Positions 26,570 through 32,000 of a stretch of 32,000 bases of DNA are shown here, in pieces (positions within the stretch are counted from its first letter, which is position 1; each line of letters opens with the position of its first letter). Under the pieces are notes generated by a model. The model had not been told where the DNA came from. It saw only the letters and a program-made list of their open reading frames with translations, and made no database searches. The DNA comes from Psychrobacter sp. DM4 (GTDB lineage Bacteria > Pseudomonadota > Gammaproteobacteria > Pseudomonadales > Moraxellaceae). Location: assembly GCF_051307035.1 (NCBI RefSeq), contig NZ_CP195536.1:2520001-2552000 (forward strand). The letters run 5' to 3'. The translations under genes and the position numbers were made by a program.

Positions 26570-28537
26570 ATGCAAGAACAAGATAAGCAAACGCCAGTTG
26601 TAGATACCGAGACTGTCAACACTGACAAGACTGCGGTTGTCGATACACAAGAGTTAGAGGCAACCACACTTGATACGACCAAAACGGACAGTTCTGATAC
26701 AACCGACAACTCAGCGGTGTCTTTGGACAAAGACGCAGAGGTTGATGAGACTGTCACTGAGCCTGTTATAACAGAAGAGACCGTGGCTGTAGATCCTGAG
26801 CCTATCGTTGAAGAACCCATTGTCGAAGAGCCAGTGATTGAAGAAGTCGTCGTTGAAGAACCTGTCATTGAAGAAGAGCCTGAGATTGAACGCGAGTCGA
26901 TGGAGTTCGATGTTATCGTCGTCGGTGGTGGTCCTGCGGGTCTCTCGGCAGCGATTCGTTTGCGTCAGCAAGCCATTGCGGCAGGTAACGACGAATTTAT
27001 GGTCTGTGTCGTCGAAAAAGGCTCTGAGTTTGGTGGTCATATCTTATCAGGTGCGGTCATTGAGCCGCGTGCTCTAGATGAGCTAATCCCTGATTGGAAA
27101 GAAAAAGGCGCACCGCTCAACGTTCCTGCGACCGAAGATCGCGTTTACATGCTCGGCTCTGCTACGCGCTCGACCAAGTTACCTGATGCGATCGTACCTG
27201 CCAGTATGCACAATCATGGCAACTACATCGTATCGCTAGCCAACGTCGTACGCTGGCTTGCTGAGCAAGCAGAAGAGCTCGAAGTTATGATGTTCCCAGG
27301 GTTTCCTGCATCTGAGATATTATACAACGACGACGGTTCTGTCAGAGGTATCTTAACAGGCGATATGGGTGTGGCCGCCGATGGCGAAGCCAAACCGAGT
27401 TTTGAGCCAGGTTACGAGCTACTTGCCAAGTACACTATCTTTAGTGAAGGTAGCCGTGGTCATTTAGGCAAGCGCCTAATCAGTCGCTTTGCTCTCGATA
27501 CTGATTGCGACCCGCAGCATTATGGTATAGGTCTCAAAGAGCTTTGGGATATCAAACCTGAAAAGCATGAAGAAGGCGTTGTGCTACATGGTTCAGGGTG
27601 GCCATTGACAGATACGGGCTCTACTGGCGGTTGGTGGTTGTATTTTGCAGAGAACAACCAAGTTAGCTTCGGTATGGTTATCGATCTGTCGTACTCAAAC
27701 CCTTACATGTCACCGTTTGATGAGATGCAGCGTCTAAAACTACATCCCCTTATTCGTGATATTTTAGAGGGCGGTGAACGCATCTCTTATGGTGCTCGTG
27801 CTTTAACCAAAGGCGGCTTGAACTCACTACCTAAGTTTACCTTTCCAGGTGGTGTATTAGCAGGCGATGATGCTGGATTTTTGAATCCTGCCAAAATCAA
27901 AGGCACACACACTTCAATGAAGTCTGGTATGCTCGCAGCTGAGGCTGTATTTGAAGCGGTACAAGCAGGTCGTCAGCATGATGAAGTTGTTGCTTATAGC
28001 GCTATGTATAAAGAGTCATGGCTCTATCAAGACAACTATGAGGCACGTAACTTCTCACCTGCGATGCACCGTATGGGCCAGTGGATGGGCGGCGCGTTCA
28101 ACTTCATTGATCAAAACGTATTGCGTGGCAAGATGCCTTTGACTATCCATGATAACACTCATGACTATCATCATTTAGAGCGCGCTGCACATGCTTATCA
28201 GCCAGAGTATCCTAAGCCTGATGGCAAACTGGTATTCGATAAACTGTCATCAGTATTTATTTCAAACACCAATCATGCTGAAGATCAGCCTGCGCATTTG
28301 AAGCTCACCGATCCAACTGTACCTATTTCGATCAACTTGCCGCTCTATGCTGAGCCTGCGCGTTTATACTGCCCAGCTGGTGTTTATGAAGTGGTCAAGG
28401 ACGCTGAAGGTGCAAAGTTCGTCATCAATGCGCAAAACTGCGTGCACTGCAAAACCTGTGATATCAAAGATCCGTCACAAAACATCACTTGGGTAACGCC
28501 AGAAGGTGGCGGTGGTCCAAACTATCCCAACATGTAG
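26570..28537 (+). CDS. Electron-transfer flavoprotein:ubiquinone oxidoreductase (ETF-QO) with a 110-aa acidic N-terminal extension
   Basis: The core begins at MEFDVIVVGGGPAGLSAA (ATG at 26900) and ends with the 4Fe-4S region CPAGVYE...NCVHCKTCDIKDP...W..PEGGGGPNY. The long form starts at the ATG at 26570, preceded by AGGAG. Confidence 0.93.
   Translation: MQEQDKQTPVVDTETVNTDKTAVVDTQELEATTLDTTKTDSSDTTDNSAVSLDKDAEVDETVTEPVITEETVAVDPEPIVEEPIVEEPVIEEVVVEEPVIEEEPEIERESMEFDVIVVGGGPAGLSAAIRLRQQAIAAGNDEFMVCVVEKGSEFGGHILSGAVIEPRALDELIPDWKEKGAPLNVPATEDRVYMLGSATRSTKLPDAIVPASMHNHGNYIVSLANVVRWLAEQAEELEVMMFPGFPASEILYNDDGSVRGILTGDMGVAADGEAKPSFEPGYELLAKYTIFSEGSRGHLGKRLISRFALDTDCDPQHYGIGLKELWDIKPEKHEEGVVLHGSGWPLTDTGSTGGWWLYFAENNQVSFGMVIDLSYSNPYMSPFDEMQRLKLHPLIRDILEGGERISYGARALTKGGLNSLPKFTFPGGVLAGDDAGFLNPAKIKGTHTSMKSGMLAAEAVFEAVQAGRQHDEVVAYSAMYKESWLYQDNYEARNFSPAMHRMGQWMGGAFNFIDQNVLRGKMPLTIHDNTHDYHHLERAAHAYQPEYPKPDGKLVFDKLSSVFISNTNHAEDQPAHLKLTDPTVPISINLPLYAEPARLYCPAGVYEVVKDAEGAKFVINAQNCVHCKTCDIKDPSQNITWVTPEGGGGPNYPNM
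26801..26875 (+). repeat. Five tandem 15-nt (5-codon) repeats encoding P/V-I/V-V/I-E-E
   Basis: cct atc gtt gaa gaa / ccc att gtc gaa gag / cca gtg att gaa gaa / gtc gtc gtt gaa gaa / cct gtc att gaa gaa. All five are in frame with the ETF-QO ORF. Confidence 0.9.
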
Positions 28538-28556
28538 TCTTAGCTTTGTATAATGT

Positions 28557-28591
28557 CAAAAAACCGCTCTTATTTTAAGAGCGGTTTTTTT
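28557..28591 (+). terminator. Rho-independent terminator after ETF-QO
   Basis: AACCGCTCTTA / TAAGAGCGGTT 11-bp stem followed by a T-run of 7. Confidence 0.7.
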
Positions 28592-29482
28592 GTGTCTAGA
28601 AGTATAAACCGCTGATTGTAGGTACAACTCAGTAGTCTACCCAACGATTGCTAGAAATTAACTCGTTATTATTACTCCGAATAATACTCGTGCCATAGCG
28701 GACAAGATTGTTGAACCAGTCTGCGATATCTTCATCCGTGTTGTACCCTTCTCTCTATAAATTATATCTTTGTCTATATGCCAACACTTGTAATTGCCGC
28801 TTATCATAAAGTTAGGAATAAGTCTAGCGGCCTACGTTTGACTATAGTAGATAAAAGTCGACTGTAATCGTTGGTGAAATTTATGACTTTTATACAACTA
28901 TTTAGCAAATAAATAACAAACATTTATTTAAAATTATTCTTTTATTTATAGGCAAAATTTTTCTGTTACTTATCCTCATCTCCTACTATACTTAGCTTTA
29001 AGAACTCAAAATTTCACTCTAAAGTGGCAAATTTACAGTCTGAAAAGTTAGTTGCTGTAAAGTAATTTTAATTTACTTATTGTTAATTGACGCGTTTTTG
29101 TATATATTCCTAATAAGTTTATGACTGTCCAGTATAGTCATTCGCAAATGAGCAGACGAGCAAACGTTAGATACATTCAAACTAATATTTAGTTTAAATG
29201 CTCTATCATAAGATATTAGCTCGTACTAAAGTAGAGATTACTTTGCTTGAGTTATATTCGACTTTACTTAGTAATACTAAACCTGCTCAATCGGTCGACA
29301 ATATTGATTGGATATTTAATTGGTCATTATGCTTTAGCAGTTTTTACAAGGTTTTAATCCTTTAGTGTTTAAGACTTTGCTATAGACAACACTGATTGCC
29401 CTGTGCGATAGATGCTAAACCACAATGTCTGTTTGAGCTTATCCAATATCTTGATTTTATGTTAGGCAAAAGGAATTGTCCT

Positions 29483-29743
29483 ATGGAAAACCACAACGAT
29501 TCATCCGGTTATTGGCGTGCCAATGTCCGTCTTATTCTAGGTAGCCTATTTATATGGGCTCTCGTGTCTTATGGCTTTGCTATTCTTCTTCGCCCATTAC
29601 TAGCTGGCATTAAAGTTGGCGGTACAGACTTAGGCTTTTGGTTCGCCCAACAAGGCTCCATTGGTGTCTTTATTATCTTAATTTTCTTTTACGCATGGCG
29701 TATGAATAAGCTAGATAAACAATATGGCGTAGACGAGGAATAG
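29483..29743 (+). CDS. DUF4212 small membrane subunit of a Na+/solute symporter
   Basis: 86 aa with two TM segments. YWRANVRLI...GFWFAQQGSI...IFFYAWRMN is typical of DUF4212, and the gene lies directly upstream of an SSS transporter. The ATG at 29483 follows AAAGGA. Confidence 0.8.
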   Translation: MENHNDSSGYWRANVRLILGSLFIWALVSYGFAILLRPLLAGIKVGGTDLGFWFAQQGSIGVFIILIFFYAWRMNKLDKQYGVDEE

Positions 29744-29746
29744 AGC

Positions 29747-31615
29747 ATGAGTCAATTTACGATTAACATTATTTTTGTAGGCCTATCCTTTGCTCTGTAC
29801 TTCGGTATTGCAATTTGGGCACGTGCTGGAACCACCAGTGAATTTTACGTGGCAGGCGGCGGTGTTCATCCTGTCGTCAACGGTATGGCAACAGCCGCAG
29901 ATTGGATGAGTGCCGCGTCGTTTATCTCGATGGCAGGTTTGATTGCAGCAGGCGGTTATGGTGCTTCAACGTATTTGATGGGTTGGACGGGTGGTTACGT
30001 TCTACTAGCCATGCTACTAGCCCCTTACTTACGTAAGTTCGGTAAGTTTACGGTTCCTGATTTTATCGCCGATCGCTTCTATTCAAAAACAGCAGCTATG
30101 ATTGCTGTGGTGTGTTTGATTGTCGCCTCAACCACTTACGTTATCGGTCAGATGACTGGCGCCGGTGTTGCCTTTTCACGCTTCTTAGAAGTTGAGAATA
30201 CAACGGGTCTACTTATCGCCGCTGTTGTTGTTTTCTTTTACGCCGTACTTGGTGGCATGAAAGGGATTACATATACGCAGGTTGCACAGTATGTGGTTCT
30301 AATGATTGCTTATACCATTCCAGCAGTCTTCATTTCACTTGAATTAACTGGTAATCCTATTCCAGGTCTAGGTCTGTTCTCAAATGATATTGAAGCTGGT
30401 ATTCCCATTCTAACCAAGCTTGATCAAATTGTGACTGATCTTGGTTTTGCCGCTTATACTGCTGATGTGCCGAACAAGCTCAACATGGTGCTATTTACTC
30501 TATCACTCATGATAGGTACAGCAGGTCTACCACACGTTATCATTCGCTTCTTCACCGTACCTAAAGTTGCTGATGCGCGTTGGACAGCAGGTTGGACACT
30601 TGTCTTTATCTCACTGCTATACTTCACAGCGCCAGCCGTTGGTGCTATGGCACGTTTGAATCTTATCGATACGGTTTATCCACAAGGGGTCGCTGAAGTA
30701 CCTTTAGAATACGATCAACGCCCTGATTGGATGAAAACATGGGAAGATACGGGTCTGATTAAATATAACGATCTAAACAACGATGGTCGTATTCAGCTCT
30801 ATAACGATAGTGGGTTAGGTGCAGCTCAATTAGCACTTACCGCAGCAGAGGCTGACGGTAGCGATATTGCCGCAGCAACAGCAGCAGTTGATACCGCTCG
30901 CATAGCACATGATGCAGAACTTGATGGACGTTTCACTGCTGCTGGGTGGGAAGGTAATGAGCTTGATGTAAACGCTGATATCTTAGTACTTGCAAATCCA
31001 GAAATTGCACAGCTTCCACCATGGGTTATTGGTCTTATTGCAGCAGGTGGTTTGGCCGCAGCGCTATCAACAGCTGCAGGTCTACTACTTGCTATCTCAT
31101 CAGCTATTAGTCATGATTTGATCAAGCGTAATCTTAATCCAAATATCTCTGATAAAGGGGAGCTCTTAGCTGCACGTATCTCGATGGGTGTTGCTATCGT
31201 TATTGCGACATGGCTCGGTCTCAATCCACCAGGATTTGCCGCACAGGTGGTTGCCTTAGCCTTCGGTATTGCAGGTGCATCGCTGTTCCCAGCATTGATG
31301 ATGGGTATTTTCTCTAAACGTATTAATAACCTAGGTGCTATCTTTGGTATGCTTGCAGGTCTTATTAGTACTTTGGTTTATATCTTTGTTTTCAAAGGCT
31401 GGTTCTTCGTTGGCGGTACTGCTAACTTCCCAGATACCGCAGAATACTGGTTATTTGGTATCTCACCATTGTCATTTGGAGCGATTGGTGCTCTTATTAA
31501 CTTTGCGGTAGCGTTTGCGGTCTCCTACGCGACTGCGCCGCCGCCAGCACACATCCAAGAGTTGGTTGAAAGCGTACGTTCTCCACGCGGCGCTGGTGGA
31601 GCGATTGACCACTAA
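29747..31615 (+). CDS. Sodium:solute symporter family permease (DUF4212-associated, ActP-related subfamily)
   Basis: 622 aa with about 13-14 TM segments. SSS signatures include AADWMSAASFISMAG and GTAGLPHVIIRFFT. It contains a soluble insertion of about 100 aa (residues ~310-410). Confidence 0.9.
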   Translation: MSQFTINIIFVGLSFALYFGIAIWARAGTTSEFYVAGGGVHPVVNGMATAADWMSAASFISMAGLIAAGGYGASTYLMGWTGGYVLLAMLLAPYLRKFGKFTVPDFIADRFYSKTAAMIAVVCLIVASTTYVIGQMTGAGVAFSRFLEVENTTGLLIAAVVVFFYAVLGGMKGITYTQVAQYVVLMIAYTIPAVFISLELTGNPIPGLGLFSNDIEAGIPILTKLDQIVTDLGFAAYTADVPNKLNMVLFTLSLMIGTAGLPHVIIRFFTVPKVADARWTAGWTLVFISLLYFTAPAVGAMARLNLIDTVYPQGVAEVPLEYDQRPDWMKTWEDTGLIKYNDLNNDGRIQLYNDSGLGAAQLALTAAEADGSDIAAATAAVDTARIAHDAELDGRFTAAGWEGNELDVNADILVLANPEIAQLPPWVIGLIAAGGLAAALSTAAGLLLAISSAISHDLIKRNLNPNISDKGELLAARISMGVAIVIATWLGLNPPGFAAQVVALAFGIAGASLFPALMMGIFSKRINNLGAIFGMLAGLISTLVYIFVFKGWFFVGGTANFPDTAEYWLFGISPLSFGAIGALINFAVAFAVSYATAPPPAHIQELVESVRSPRGAGGAIDH

Positions 31616-31656
31616 GCGACTAAGTACATGGTGACACGTAATTTGCTACACTAACG

Positions 31657-31696
31657 ATCACTCACAGGCAGTAGCTGCTTGTGAGTGATTTTTTTG
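31657..31696 (+). terminator. Rho-independent terminator after the symporter gene
   Basis: ATCACTCACAGGCAG / CTGCTTGTGAGTGAT 15-bp stem (one G-U) followed by TTTTTTT. Confidence 0.7.
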
Positions 31697-31750
31697 TTCC
31701 GTTGTTTTTATGACAGAATTTAAAATTATATTATCGTATAAAGGAAATCT

Positions 31751-32000
31751 TATGCTTTTTGAGTTTATCGCTACCATAGCCGCTGCATTTGGTATGGCTG
31801 GATTGGCACTGATCATAACTCACCTGAGTAAACTGGCAGGTAAACGCGCACCCAAATGGCTCATACCTTTGTTTGCCGCTATTGGTATGTTCGCTTTTCA
31901 AATAAACCAAGAGTACAACTGGTATCCTCAGCAAGTGGCTAAGCTACCTGAAGGCGTCACTGTGGTTAAAACCGCTGAGAGTACGGAGTGGTTTCGCCCC
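31751..32000 (+). CDS. Hypothetical membrane protein, 3'-truncated by the window edge
   Basis: The ATG at 31751 is preceded by AAAGGA. The frame stays open to the end of the window (MLFEFIATIAAAFGMAGLALIITHL...) and contains two hydrophobic helices. It is absent from the ORF track because no stop codon is reached. Confidence 0.5.

Noticed and set aside
26476-26868. 130-aa minus-strand ORF (Ser/Thr/Val-rich) antisense to the start of ETF-QO.
   Set aside because: It is a mirror artefact of the low-complexity GAA/GTT/ACN-rich coding repeat on the plus strand. It has no Shine-Dalgarno and no recognisable fold.
28632-28754. 41-codon stop-free stretch on the minus strand (..DIADWFNNLVRYGTSIIRSNNNELISSNRWVDY*) that might be a gene relic.
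   Set aside because: It has no start codon and no recognisable family, and it is too short to separate from chance. I mention it only as something BLASTX could test.
29396-29482. 29-codon upstream extension of the DUF4212 gene.
   Set aside because: The internal ATG at 29483 has a good Shine-Dalgarno, and DUF4212 proteins are about 80-90 aa. The extension is not hydrophobic or family-like.
31731-31934. 67-aa minus-strand ORF at the end of the window.
   Set aside because: The opposite (+) strand has an ATG with a good Shine-Dalgarno at 31751 and an open frame with TM helices running off the window. The minus-strand ORF is its shadow.

Overview
This window is a chromosomal, mostly housekeeping segment of a gammaproteobacterium. 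The protein sequences and roughly 40-45% G+C look Moraxellaceae/Psychrobacter-like, but that taxon call is inference from memory only.

Gene order:
- rdgB (5'-truncated), then tig-clpP-clpX and an SDR oxidoreductase (+)
- PTS-EIIC-like membrane protein, SPOR-domain protein and argS (all -), then a DUF2788 peptide (+)
- cmoB, a KAP-NTPase insertion and cmoA (all -)
- msrA, then tpm interrupted by an in-frame amber codon, then a DUF1499 protein (+)
- thiO-thiS-thiG-thiE-thiF operon (-)
- lytic murein transglycosylase (+)
- small acidic protein, DUF4062-like protein, murI and DUF1285 protein (all -)
- ETF-ubiquinone oxidoreductase with an acidic repeat extension (+)
- about 0.9 kb of AT-rich non-coding DNA
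- DUF4212 small subunit plus a Na+/solute symporter (+), then a partial membrane ORF (+)

I found no rRNA, tRNA, CRISPR array, transposase or integrase.

The most unusual locus is a 1.95-kb AT-rich insertion that splits the normally contiguous cmoA-cmoB tRNA-modification operon. It carries a single KAP-family P-loop NTPase. About 350 nt of strongly structured non-coding sequence lies upstream of that gene: a REPIN-like inverted repeat and a 114-nt rod-like hairpin. This is my best candidate for an undescribed defence-type module, either single-protein or protein plus RNA.

A second candidate is a 352-aa protein whose N-terminus resembles DUF4062 (a TIR-like fold) joined to an unrecognisable C-terminal domain.

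All family assignments come from motif recognition by eye. No searches were run.
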